Below are positions 37,080 to 46,323 of a stretch of DNA of 64,000 nucleotides, piece by piece; the stretch's first letter is position 1, and the number at the start of each line of letters is the position of its first letter. The position numbers and the translations under genes were made by a program. The notes below the pieces were generated by a model. It had not been told where the DNA came from. It searched no databases and saw nothing but the letters and a program-made list of their open reading frames with translations. This DNA is from a virus (lineage: Duplodnaviria > Caudoviricetes), in the IMG/VR virus record IMGVR_UViG_3300046028_001578, positions 486 to 64,485 of that record, one strand, 5' to 3'.

Positions 37080-38267
37080 TTAGCTTGTTACAGCGTATTC
37101 TGCAGCAAAACCACCAGTCCAGTTACCAGCGGTAGTGGATGAGAGGTATGTTGCAATGTCAGCACGAAGATCAGCAGCAGCCGCAGCTGAGCCAGCGGTG
37201 ATGAGCTTGACCATCTCAGGCTTGATGATACCAGTACCCTTAAGCATGCTGCCTACGGTGAACTGAGTATTACGGCGAACATCCTGTACGGTGTCAACCT
37301 TCATGCCCATGAGGGATAGACCAGCAATCGACTCTGCTTGGAAGATGATACCAAAGATACCAAATTGTGAGCAGTTAAGATTGTACTTTGAACCACCAAT
37401 GTTATTGGCTTCGGTGGTGTGGTTAATCTTTGGGATATGATTGGTCTTAATAATCTTGACACCCATGTAATCAAGAGAGTCAGTCATCATGTTCATGCCA
37501 GTAGTCATATCAGGAGCAACAAGAGCACCCTGAGAAAGATTAACATTGTTAGTCAGTGCTCGTGGAATACCAAGAGCACGGATGACTTGGAAGACCTTTG
37601 GAGGTACAGCGCAATAGACGCTGCCAACACCAATATCATTCTCCTGACAAACAACGAGGTAATCCTCGATAGCTTGGAGAACCTTGAGTCCTTCGACATC
37701 AGTAGCTGCTGCAACACTTGCAATGGTGTCTGCAATCTGGCTTGGTACATGGAAAGCAGCCGCTGCAAGACCACGAGGATCCGAAGCGAGTGCTGGAACT
37801 GAACCTGCAGCAACGAGTGCCATCAGAATCTGACGGTCGCGGGTGCTAGCAAGGGTGAGTCCAGCCTGACGAGCCAACTCAGAGCGGTAATCCCACTGAG
37901 TAACGAGCAAGTCAACATTGTCAGTTTCAAAGTGAGCAGCCATAGGACGCTTATCAAGATTGACCTTGATAGTGGTGCTCTTGTTGTCAGAGGTATCACC
38001 ACCGAGTTCAATACCAGCATTCCACGATGGGTTCAGACCAACAGTACCAGTGATTGGGAACTCGTATGAGAAACCACCAGTGAGGGTCTTATTCGTAATG
38101 AGGTTTTCAAATACATTGAACTGATCGTATGCATTGATTACTTCGCCAGACCAGAGTGGGAGCCAGAGCTTATTAACGCCAGCTACGCCACCCGAAGTTT
38201 CGGCTGAGACATCACTCCGTGTTAGAGCGAGGTCGCCAGCAGCAATATTATGTCCTGAAAATGCCAT
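37080..38267 (-). CDS. major capsid protein (T7 gp10-like)
   Basis: LWLPLWSGEVINAY, FPITG, WDYRSELARQAGLTLA..RDR motifs. Confidence 0.95.
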   Translation of the reverse strand: MAFSGHNIAAGDLALTRSDVSAETSGGVAGVNKLWLPLWSGEVINAYDQFNVFENLITNKTLTGGFSYEFPITGTVGLNPSWNAGIELGGDTSDNKSTTIKVNLDKRPMAAHFETDNVDLLVTQWDYRSELARQAGLTLASTRDRQILMALVAAGSVPALASDPRGLAAAAFHVPSQIADTIASVAAATDVEGLKVLQAIEDYLVVCQENDIGVGSVYCAVPPKVFQVIRALGIPRALTNNVNLSQGALVAPDMTTGMNMMTDSLDYMGVKIIKTNHIPKINHTTEANNIGGSKYNLNCSQFGIFGIIFQAESIAGLSLMGMKVDTVQDVRRNTQFTVGSMLKGTGIIKPEMVKLITAGSAAAAADLRADIATYLSSTTAGNWTGGFAAEYAVTS

Positions 38268-38328
38268 AGTAGTATTCTTTCTTAAAAAAGATCATATCAT
38301 TCATATCAAATTGTAAGACAAAAAAGTT

Positions 38329-38454
38329 CTCAACCGTTCGATTATTCCTAAGGGAGTCTTTTTGTTGAGTGAGTTTAGCCAAGGGTTATCCATTACCATA
38401 AAGGGGGATTTACCCTTTGGCTAACCTCAGTCGATCCGTTGTCTTGTTACGGAT
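38329..38454 (-). promoter_or_regulatory. structured capsid-gene leader (three stem-loops)
   Basis: Paired segments ATCCGT/ACGGAT, TTAGCCAAAGGGT/ACCCTTGGCTAA and CTCAAC/GTTGAG. Confidence 0.55.
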
Positions 38455-39383
38455 TATTTGGGTAATTTTTCAAAGTTAGTACGCATCATCCGCTGCTCAA
38501 CATAAGCACGATACTTAGGATCGGCATTGAAGCCCGGATGATTACGCTCTGCAGAGAACTCACGCTTAGTTTGGTAAGCAGTAAATCCCTGTTGAGTCGA
38601 TGCAATAGGGATCTGCCCTCTTGCGGTTGGCTTGGGTTCTGCACTCTTGCTTGTCTGTGTGGTCTTAGCATACTTAGCCTGAAGCCCATAGAGGGCTACA
38701 TCCCAAGATGCTGATGCTAGGTTCTGATTGACTGAAGCTTGTTCTGCAGCACTGAGGTTCTTGCTAGCCCAGACAAAGAGTTTACTCAACTCTTCCCGAC
38801 CACCAACTAACTCAGATGCCTTAGTATAAGCCATCTCAATCTTAGCCTTCTGTCCCTGCATATATTCATTAACAACATAATCAGGAAGACCAGTCTTCTT
38901 CTTAATGACTTCCAATGTCTCAGCCGAAAGATCATTGTTGGCGGTGAACTCAATGGTCCACTGCTTCCAATCATCTGAGGATGCCGGGATATTTTCTACC
39001 TTGGCTACCTCTTCAACCTTGTTCTCTGGAATCTTTAAGACCTCTGGTAACAAAGGAATTACTTCCTTCACAGGTTCTACCACAGGTTGTCCCGTAACTG
39101 GATTAGTAGTTGACGGGGTTGCTTCATACTTCTTCTTCAGGTCTGCAACTTCTTGTCGTGACTGAGTGTATCCTTTTTGAGCAGTCTTTAAACTCTCAAA
39201 CCAAGCTCCGGCATCCTTGAAGTTTTCAGGGACAGCCATACCTTGGTTTCTTACATAAGCATCAAAGGCTACTTTCTCACGAACAAGCTGAGCATCCTCT
39301 GGAGTCGATGTAAGAGATTGTTCCGAAGACATGACTGGAGTCTCGGAGGATTGTTCCATCATATCGGGAGTCTCTTCATTCAT
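38454..39383 (-). CDS. capsid scaffolding protein (T7 gp9-like)
   Basis: PENFKD, VGGREE..KLFVWA, DPKYRAYVEQR motifs; directly upstream of capsid. Confidence 0.9.
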   Translation of the reverse strand: MNEETPDMMEQSSETPVMSSEQSLTSTPEDAQLVREKVAFDAYVRNQGMAVPENFKDAGAWFESLKTAQKGYTQSRQEVADLKKKYEATPSTTNPVTGQPVVEPVKEVIPLLPEVLKIPENKVEEVAKVENIPASSDDWKQWTIEFTANNDLSAETLEVIKKKTGLPDYVVNEYMQGQKAKIEMAYTKASELVGGREELSKLFVWASKNLSAAEQASVNQNLASASWDVALYGLQAKYAKTTQTSKSAEPKPTARGQIPIASTQQGFTAYQTKREFSAERNHPGFNADPKYRAYVEQRMMRTNFEKLPK

Positions 39384-39404
39384 ATTGTGTATCTTTCGTT
39401 AAAT

Positions 39405-39500
39405 TTAATAAGGCTTCTTCTTGGAAGCGGCTTTCTTAACTGCCATCTTCTTGTCCATCTTCTTATCCATCATCATCTTCTTAGCTGGTTTCTTCTTCAT
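39405..39500 (-). CDS. 31-aa Lys/Met-rich basic peptide (MKKKPAKKMMMDKK...)
   Basis: Read by hand; AAAGGA RBS. Confidence 0.65.
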   Translation of the reverse strand: MKKKPAKKMMMDKKMDKKMAVKKAASKKKPY

Positions 39501-39547
39501 AGTATTCCTTTCTTATAAATAATTGTGTTAGGCTATAGAGTTATAGA

Positions 39548-40072
39548 TTAACCAATAGAGCAATAATTGTACAAGATGTTAGCGTATGCTGCTGTGGCTG
39601 TAGCTGAGATAAAATCAACCTCAACATGGGAACATCCAAACACTGGAACAACTATTGATGCTACCGACAGCACAGCAGCGTTATTAATTAATGTGTTTGC
39701 ACCCATGCCAGCGGTTGCTGTGATACCATGTACACCTTTAAGGGCAACAGAGTTGTTAGTAATCATTGTAGAAGCCTGAACTCCCGCAATTGAACCTACA
39801 AACAACAGTGTTGGATAGTAATTATTACCTAGTTTCGACCAACCTGTTACTCGAAAGCCAGCACTAGTTGCGAAGCTGAGCAGTAAAGGATGAATACGCA
39901 CATGTGTATAGGAACCTGAGGGAATAATTAAACTTGTGGCATCACTTGCCATAGAGGTTAGTGTCGTGTGTTCGTTATAAGCCGTTGTGGAATTAATGTT
40001 GTCAGTAGTTATTCCAACAAACATATCCTCTCTTGCTTGTTTTGTTTGAGACATTGTGTGTGTATGAATCAT
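39548..40072 (-). CDS. putative virion beta-rich protein
   Basis: ORF in structural module; Thr/Ala/Ser-rich. Confidence 0.6.
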   Translation of the reverse strand: MIHTHTMSQTKQAREDMFVGITTDNINSTTAYNEHTTLTSMASDATSLIIPSGSYTHVRIHPLLLSFATSAGFRVTGWSKLGNNYYPTLLFVGSIAGVQASTMITNNSVALKGVHGITATAGMGANTLINNAAVLSVASIVVPVFGCSHVEVDFISATATAAYANILYNYCSIG

Positions 40073-40170
40073 TATTTTTTATCTTTCTTTGGGTACACTA
40101 TCTTTGCAGCGTCCTTACCCGTGCATGTAGTAGTCTTACCACAATTACATTTGTATGTTGTCTTTGCCAT
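40072..40170 (-). CDS. 32-aa basic Cys-containing peptide (MAKTTYKCNCGKTTTC...)
   Basis: Read by hand; TAATG-coupled to the next gene. Confidence 0.55.
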   Translation of the reverse strand: MAKTTYKCNCGKTTTCTGKDAAKIVYPKKDKK

Positions 40171-40173
40171 GTT

Positions 40174-40896
40174 TTATCCGTATGCTTTCATTTCAAGTTG
40201 TCCTTTGCCGCCAACTGCACCTCCATATGACGCTCCGGATTTTGCATAGCCGCCACCACCGCCACCACCCGGTTGTGTACCCGCTGTCGGAGGAGTGTTG
40301 GTAGCGTGAAGTCCACCCAATCCTTTTGTTGTTCCACCTCCGCTAGCAGGGTTTCCTCCATCTTTACCGTCCTGAGCGACAGTAGCAGAAGAAGTACCAC
40401 CAACCCCATTATTTCCATTTTGGTTTGACAAGTTTCCGTTTGTGGCACTTCCACCACCGGCACCAGTACCACTCCCCCCACCAAAACCACCTCCTGCTAC
40501 GGGTGCAGGGGAAAAATTTAAAATGGTCGTTACACCCCGAAGATGGGAATTGAGGGACGTACCCGCCGCGTTTGCGGTCACCGCACCTCCGTTTGAAATA
40601 TTGAAGTAAATTAAATCTCCAGACGCGAGGTTGCTTGAATAGCGATGTCGGCATCTAGCACCACCACCACCGCCACCGCCACCCGATATAACTGCTGGTT
40701 GTCCTCCTCTGCCGCCGCCAGCAGGTTGATAAAAACCATTTTGACCACCGCCACCGCCGCCGTACATATCCACTTCGATATAAACCGTTCCTGCTGGAAC
40801 CGTGTACACATTATCTAAATTGTTAGTAAAAAGTGTAGTTCCTAGCAGAAGGCGCGAGTTTGCTCGTTGACTTCCGATGTAAGCGGCACCAATCAT
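40174..40896 (-). CDS. glycine-rich virion/fibre-associated protein
   Basis: YTVPAG..IEVDMYGGGGGG and PGGGGGGG motifs of Gly-rich phage fibre domains. Confidence 0.75.
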   Translation of the reverse strand: MIGAAYIGSQRANSRLLLGTTLFTNNLDNVYTVPAGTVYIEVDMYGGGGGGQNGFYQPAGGGRGGQPAVISGGGGGGGGARCRHRYSSNLASGDLIYFNISNGGAVTANAAGTSLNSHLRGVTTILNFSPAPVAGGGFGGGSGTGAGGGSATNGNLSNQNGNNGVGGTSSATVAQDGKDGGNPASGGGTTKGLGGLHATNTPPTAGTQPGGGGGGGYAKSGASYGGAVGGKGQLEMKAYG

Positions 40897-41549
40897 GCGA
40901 ATGCCAAACCGCCGACAAAGCCAAGAGTTCTAGTGCCGTCATTAATAAAGGTAATTACATCAACACCGCTATTTGACAGAGTTGGATCTACGCCTCCGGG
41001 GAAAAGAATGTCGGGATGCCATGAACCTGTCGAGCCGTTCATTAACCCACCATTCACAAAAATAACGGTAGTGGCTCGACCACTCGCGCCATTATAATTA
41101 TACGCATAAGCGTTTTGCGTTCCAGTTGCGGATCCAGTAACAGTCTGAATGTTTCCTTGAGCCGGATCTACATATATAGATCGCAGTGTTCCTGCGGCGT
41201 AGACCTTGGAATCAACAACGGTCACTGATCCCGCAAGCGTGAGTCCTGAACTGCCGCCAGTTATTTTTGTACACGCGAATCCTTTTATAGAATCTCGTTG
41301 AACAATCGTGCTTGCTGTGTCAGCATCTGTAGCCGTTGTATAAGCATTGCCTAAAGTTCCACTTGTAATATCAGCAGCAGAATGCGTGTGGGTGTTGTTA
41401 CTGCTGACTTCAACAACAGAGCCATTGCCCTTCTTCAAGTAGACCTTGCCATCTGCGGTGTTGATAGCTAACTCGCCCAACGATAATGATCCCGCCGCTG
41501 GTATAGATGATGCTGTTGCGCTTCTTTTAAGCTGAATTATATTTGCCAT
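40893..41549 (-). CDS. fibre-like protein with Mtd/hyaluronidase-type N-terminal module
   Basis: IQLKRS...GELAINTADGKVY; C-terminal FPGG.DPTLS..GVDVITF fibre domain. Confidence 0.75.
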   Translation of the reverse strand: MANIIQLKRSATASSIPAAGSLSLGELAINTADGKVYLKKGNGSVVEVSSNNTHTHSAADITSGTLGNAYTTATDADTASTIVQRDSIKGFACTKITGGSSGLTLAGSVTVVDSKVYAAGTLRSIYVDPAQGNIQTVTGSATGTQNAYAYNYNGASGRATTVIFVNGGLMNGSTGSWHPDILFPGGVDPTLSNSGVDVITFINDGTRTLGFVGGLAFA

Positions 41550-41557
41550 TAGTTACC

Positions 41558-42994
41558 TTAATAAGAACCACCGTCAATGGTGCTGTCTGTGTATAAACCA
41601 TTTGTAACTGTACTTGCATTACCAATCAAAGCACCACGGAAATTAGTCGCTTCGATGTCACCCTTAGTGCCAGAGAAAACTTCGGTTGTATTGGTTGCGT
41701 CTGGGATAAAGGTTAGATATCCAGTTGAATCGTCAAATCCAAAGAAGCCAACCTTTGCCGAAGCTCCATTGTGCCACCTAAATTCTACTCCGCGATCCTT
41801 GCTATCATCTGATGCAGGAGCGGTGTCACCACCAAGAGTAATGATGGGGTCATCAAGAGTCGTTGTGGTTGCATTAACTGTAGTAGTAGTGCCGTTGACT
41901 ACTAGGTTGCCGCCAATAGTAACATTTCCTGTAGATGAAATAATATCACAGCCAATTGTTCCTGTGAATGTTGGACTTGCTGAAAGAACAGCCGAGCCAG
42001 TTCCGGTACTGGTAGTAACGCCCGTACCGCCCTGTCCAACCGTCAGTGCAGTTGTCAAACCACCAAGGGATGTAATGTCAGTGTTTGCACCCCGCGAGGC
42101 AATACCTGCCGAAGCAAAACTATTGGCTCCAATACCACCTTGCGCTACAGTTAGTGGAGTTGTTAAACCAGTAATAGATGTAATGTCGGAGTTTGCTCCA
42201 CGCAAAGCAATACCTGCCGAAGCAAGTGTACTAAATCCAGTACCTCCGCTACCAACAGGAAGAATACCGCTTACACTTGTTGCTAAACTTACTCCAGAAG
42301 ACGATCCTGTACCACCTTGTGATACAGCCAGTGGGGTTGTTAAACCAGTAATAGATGTAATGTCGGAGTTTGCACCTTTAAGAGCCAAGCCTGAAGAAGC
42401 AAGCGAACTGAATCCCGTACCACCATTTGCAATAGGCAGAATACCACTTACACTTGTTCCTAAAGCTACGCCAGAAGATGTTCCTGTTCCACCGTTTGCA
42501 ACAGGAAGAATTCCACTTACACTTGTTGCTAAACTTACTCCAGAAGCCGACCCGGTACCGCCCTGCGCTACAGTCAGTGGAGTTGTTAAACCAGTAATAG
42601 ATGTGATGTCGGAATTAGCTCCCTTGAGAGCAAAGCCTGTAGCCGCAAGTGTACTAAATCCAGTACCACCATTTGCAACACCCAGAACACCAGTTACACC
42701 TGTAGTTAATGGCAGACTAGTACAATTAGTCAGGGTGCCAGATCCGGGAGTTCCAAGTACAACACCACCAGTGAATGTTTTAACACCTGCAATAGTTTGT
42801 GCAGTACTTCCAAGAGAAACAAAAGCACCAAGTCCTCCGATTGGAAGAACAGTAGTAGCAGTTCCTCCTGCCCCACCAGTGCCTTCTCCGTAGTAAAGAA
42901 TATCTGTTCCTTCTGTGTACGCCAGCTCTGCATTTGCAAGTGAGGTTGGTGCGGCGTTTCCTGTACTTCGCTTAATTCTAATTGTGTTTGCCAT
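41558..42994 (-). CDS. fibre-like repeat protein with Mtd-type N terminus
   Basis: IRIKRS...AELAY; four GAN(S/T)DITS...GGTG repeats; ends IDGGSY. Confidence 0.8.
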   Translation of the reverse strand: MANTIRIKRSTGNAAPTSLANAELAYTEGTDILYYGEGTGGAGGTATTVLPIGGLGAFVSLGSTAQTIAGVKTFTGGVVLGTPGSGTLTNCTSLPLTTGVTGVLGVANGGTGFSTLAATGFALKGANSDITSITGLTTPLTVAQGGTGSASGVSLATSVSGILPVANGGTGTSSGVALGTSVSGILPIANGGTGFSSLASSGLALKGANSDITSITGLTTPLAVSQGGTGSSSGVSLATSVSGILPVGSGGTGFSTLASAGIALRGANSDITSITGLTTPLTVAQGGIGANSFASAGIASRGANTDITSLGGLTTALTVGQGGTGVTTSTGTGSAVLSASPTFTGTIGCDIISSTGNVTIGGNLVVNGTTTTVNATTTTLDDPIITLGGDTAPASDDSKDRGVEFRWHNGASAKVGFFGFDDSTGYLTFIPDATNTTEVFSGTKGDIEATNFRGALIGNASTVTNGLYTDSTIDGGSY

Positions 42995-43012
42995 AATTTT
43001 CCTTAATTTTCC

Positions 43013-43528
43013 TTAGTAATTTCCACCATCAAGTAGTGGGATAGTTGTAGTTATCGTAACATTATTTGAGCCATCAAAATTTGCATTGCCAGTTGCCTCG
43101 CCTCCAAGACTTATTGTTCTTGTAGTCAGTAACTGTGAAGCAGTGCTTGTGTTTCCTGCAATAGTATTAGAGACAGTCAGATTAGTAAGAGTTCCAAGTG
43201 TTGTTAAACTAGATGAAACAACATTAGATGCAAGGGTTGTACCTGTAAGACTTGCTGCAGCTGTTGTACCAGCTGGACCCGTAGGTCCTGCAACAGTACT
43301 TGCTGCACCTGCAGGACCTGTAGGTCCTGTTGCACCCGGAGGTCCTGTAACACCTGTCGGTCCTGGAATTCCTGTATAGTAAGAAAGAGATGCCCATGCT
43401 GTAGTACCATCTCCAGCCTTAATAAGGTTTGTATCAGTTTCAAATCCTAATTCTCCAATAATTAAAATTGGATTAGCAGCAGTCCATTGTGCAGCAGTAC
43501 CACGCCTTATTTGAATCTTAGATGCCAT
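43013..43528 (-). CDS. fibre-like protein with Mtd-type N terminus and short collagen-like stretch
   Basis: IQIRRGTAAQW...GELGFETDT..KAGDG.TAW; GPT/GPA triplets; ends LDGGNY. Confidence 0.8.
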   Translation of the reverse strand: MASKIQIRRGTAAQWTAANPILIIGELGFETDTNLIKAGDGTTAWASLSYYTGIPGPTGVTGPPGATGPTGPAGAASTVAGPTGPAGTTAAASLTGTTLASNVVSSSLTTLGTLTNLTVSNTIAGNTSTASQLLTTRTISLGGEATGNANFDGSNNVTITTTIPLLDGGNY

Positions 43529-43770
43529 TAAGGTGTACCTCCATCTATAGTTGTTATATTACTATAGTTATCACTAGGAAAGCCACCATCAATTATTCCT
43601 GCGCTTGCTACAGTTGCTGCTGCCCATGCGCTTCCATTCCACTGAGGTACTTGGTTTAAAGTAGCTCCACTTTGAGTCAAACTTGATAATGGATGTGTGT
43701 GTAACTGTAAGAGGGTTTCTATTTTTTTATTAAATAATTGCTGTTGTTGTAATGCTTGGCTTGAACTCAT
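43528..43770 (-). CDS. small fibre-associated protein
   Basis: QVPQWNGSAW and two IDGG motifs. Confidence 0.65.
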   Translation of the reverse strand: MSSSQALQQQQLFNKKIETLLQLHTHPLSSLTQSGATLNQVPQWNGSAWAAATVASAGIIDGGFPSDNYSNITTIDGGTP

Positions 43771-44066
43771 TACTTACATTTTCTATTTTTGGGGCATGAT
43801 GTCTTAGACTTACCGGGTCCACCCCATAGGTCTTTGCATGCCCAGTATTTAGCAGTGAGTTTATTGCTTGCTGAATCACACTTATGTCTAGCCTTGAAAG
43901 ACTTACGAGCTTCAGGACTATAGTTGTTACCATAACCTGCTGCCCCATAATGAATGATCTTCTCTTGCCCATTAGCACAAGCCTTTACTACCCGTTTCTT
44001 ATTCGGGTTAGGAGACTTAGTAGGTTTGTTACAAGACATGCTAGCTTTATTAACTTTCTTAGCCAT
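43770..44066 (-). CDS. conserved basic phage protein (RKSFKARHKC...AKYWA family)
   Basis: Start MAKKV behind GGAGG; motif recognised from cyanophage and large-DNA-virus hypotheticals. Confidence 0.75.
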   Translation of the reverse strand: MAKKVNKASMSCNKPTKSPNPNKKRVVKACANGQEKIIHYGAAGYGNNYSPEARKSFKARHKCDSASNKLTAKYWACKDLWGGPGKSKTSCPKNRKCK

Positions 44067-45672
44067 TAGGTTGTCCTCCTGTAAATGCAGACATGTCAGC
44101 ACCTGAGTTCTGTAGAACATTCATGATACCTTGTCCACCATTTTGTGCAAGATCCTGTTGTCCTGCCTGTGCCATGATGTTACCCATTGCTCCAGCAGTT
44201 GCCTGTGTGGAAGCCTGAGTCATCTGCTGCTGAGCCTGTTGCTGTTGCATCATCATCTGCTCTTGTTGAATATCTTCAGCTGAGCGTACCCAATTACGGG
44301 CATCAAAGCCAAGAGAAGTAATCAATGCTCTAGCATACTCTTCCCATTTAAATGCAGCGGCTGCTTGCTCAGGTAGATTGCGAACCATCTCGCCCATCTG
44401 CATAAGCTTTTGCAAATCAGTATCACGACTTAAGGCTTGAAGACCAGTAATTACTTCAATGGTTAATACACCTTCAGCATCAAAGAATTGTTCATACATT
44501 CTTGTATCAAGTTCTTCGCTTTCAATCATTAAAAATATAGATCGTCTAACAATTGGTTCCATAAGATCTCTAGCGATAGCACTGAATGCGCCACCCAAGA
44601 CTGTCTCAAGTTCAGAACCAATCATACGAACAGCCGTAGCAGTCACGCGGTCACCACTTGGTAGTGAGGAGGCAGACATTAAGAATGCCTGACCAATTTC
44701 TCTACGCATAGTTTCAACAGCGGTCTGAGCGGCTGAGATTTGTGGGTTCATTGTCTGTGAGGGTGATAGCACGAATACATCTGCTTGTCTCACGGGGATC
44801 CATGAGCCATTGGGTGCATCAGCAACATCATCTACCTCAGTAATACCGGATGGATCAATGCCCATCCAGAAGGCTGAGGCTGCTGCCATGCCATCAAGCA
44901 ATGCCTTAGTGTAACCATCAAGACTTGATAGGTCGCCTAGGATATCTTCGCAGTGCGATCTCCCGTAGTTTTCTCCGGGTATGCCGTACCACCGTAGTAC
45001 CGTCACAGGACATACTTCGTAGACACCGCTTGTCAGTAGGTTCCCATCGCTGTCTTCCTTTTTGTACTTCCATAGGTTGTCCTCCTTGAGATATTGACAA
45101 TATGTTTTTTTGTAACCTCTCTTAGCGGATTCGGGTAAAGAGAAGTGAGGACTAATTGCTTCTGGATCTACAAGATCATATTCAATATGAATAATTTCAT
45201 TGACATCTCCAGCAACAGTACGCTGTACAGCATAGTTATCTAGACGAGTAACTCTAAACTTAAAGTCATCCATCTCATGTACTAAACAATCTCCAACTAC
45301 AATTAAATTTTGTATTGTTTGAAAGATTGTTTCTCTTAGGTTAGTACCAATAAGTTTGCGATAGACTTGATAACTCATAGTCTCAAGATACTGTCCAATT
45401 TCTGCGGTTGGTTCTACACCAGACCGAAGACCAAATTTAAAAAAGGGTGTGTCATTCAAAGGCATCATTGCTGATAGCATTCGACTAGCTAATGAAGTCA
45501 CACCTCTTGCACCAACAGATGATGTTGGCTGTGGTAGTTCCATCTCTTCAGTCCAACCCGCAGGTGGGAGAAGACTTGGAACAGTTAGTGCGGCACATAG
45601 CCGAGCACGGTATAGTTTAGATGTTCGCATTGCATCTAACATTCGGAAGCGTTCAACAAGATTGTTTGTCAT
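44059..45672 (-). CDS. portal / head-tail connector (T7 gp8-like)
   Basis: SVGARGVTSLASR, RW...GENYGRS, DRVTATAVR...ELETVLGG motifs. Confidence 0.97.
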   Translation of the reverse strand: MTNNLVERFRMLDAMRTSKLYRARLCAALTVPSLLPPAGWTEEMELPQPTSSVGARGVTSLASRMLSAMMPLNDTPFFKFGLRSGVEPTAEIGQYLETMSYQVYRKLIGTNLRETIFQTIQNLIVVGDCLVHEMDDFKFRVTRLDNYAVQRTVAGDVNEIIHIEYDLVDPEAISPHFSLPESAKRGYKKTYCQYLKEDNLWKYKKEDSDGNLLTSGVYEVCPVTVLRWYGIPGENYGRSHCEDILGDLSSLDGYTKALLDGMAAASAFWMGIDPSGITEVDDVADAPNGSWIPVRQADVFVLSPSQTMNPQISAAQTAVETMRREIGQAFLMSASSLPSGDRVTATAVRMIGSELETVLGGAFSAIARDLMEPIVRRSIFLMIESEELDTRMYEQFFDAEGVLTIEVITGLQALSRDTDLQKLMQMGEMVRNLPEQAAAAFKWEEYARALITSLGFDARNWVRSAEDIQQEQMMMQQQQAQQQMTQASTQATAGAMGNIMAQAGQQDLAQNGGQGIMNVLQNSGADMSAFTGGQPNG

Positions 45673-45682
45673 TTACACTCCT

Positions 45683-46015
45683 TTATGTAGATACACCATT
45701 GTATAGTGCGGAATAAAAATCTAATGCCTTGGCGTTATCACCTTGAATACCGTTAGTACCTTGTGCTTCAGCTTGTGACTGAGCTTCCATAATTGCTTCT
45801 TGTTCTGCAGCGGTAGATGTCTGGACTTCTGCTTGTTCGTCTGCCTTGGTTCTAGCCATAGCAATAGCTTCTCTAGCAACACGGCGAGTCTCAGCATCTT
45901 CTGCTGCTTTTCTACGCTCTTCTTCTTGTTCCTTTTGGAAGGCGCGTTCGTCATCCATTAGTTTCTTTTGTTCATCATATGTCATACCACCACTAATACT
46001 AGGGCTTCCACCCAT
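45683..46015 (-). CDS. virion assembly protein (T7 gp7.3-like position)
   Basis: MGGSP N terminus, helical; immediately upstream of portal. Confidence 0.6.
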   Translation of the reverse strand: MGGSPSISGGMTYDEQKKLMDDERAFQKEQEEERRKAAEDAETRRVAREAIAMARTKADEQAEVQTSTAAEQEAIMEAQSQAEAQGTNGIQGDNAKALDFYSALYNGVST

Positions 46016-46016
46016 A

Positions 46017-46208
46017 TTACTTGCCTCCTTGCTGTTGCTTTAGCACAGCTTTTAATTTGTTTACGACTTCTATTTGCCCTGCCCTATATGCAGATCGTCT
46101 TGCAAACTTGCTTTCTTCACAGTCAGCATCGTATTCAAGGGGCTTGTATAGTTCTTCCAGAATTTTTATCAGGTCTGGATCTATTCTCGGATACTTTTCT
46201 GATTTCAT
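46017..46208 (-). CDS. conserved small protein (T7 gp6.5-like)
   Basis: LIKILEELY...AYRAGQIEVVNKL motif. Confidence 0.7.
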   Translation of the reverse strand: MKSEKYPRIDPDLIKILEELYKPLEYDADCEESKFARRSAYRAGQIEVVNKLKAVLKQQQGGK

Positions 46209-46323
46209 TTCTTAACTCTTCTATTTGAATATACAGATCTTTGATTAACTGTTTAACTTCAGGTAGATCTATTGGGGTAGATAGAGCTAAGCGAGTCTTT
46301 GATTGTTGAATGTTAGTAATCAT
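46135..46323 (-). CDS. hypothetical protein
   Basis: ATGA-coupled; overlaps next gene. Confidence 0.45.
   Translation of the reverse strand: MITNIQQSKTRLALSTPIDLPEVKQLIKDLYIQIEELRNEIRKVSENRSRPDKNSGRTIQAP

Noticed and set aside
39527-39540. gttaggctatagag as a fifth promoter copy
   Set aside because: Wrong strand and lacks the GGGG core
41577-42893. 438-aa plus-strand ORF
   Set aside because: Antisense shadow of the Gly/Thr/Ser repeat protein, whose codons rarely create stops on the other strand; no RBS and opposite to all transcription signals
40893-43528. Diversity-generating retroelement suggested by Mtd-like N termini
   Set aside because: No reverse transcriptase and no template/variable repeat pair with adenine-specific mismatches
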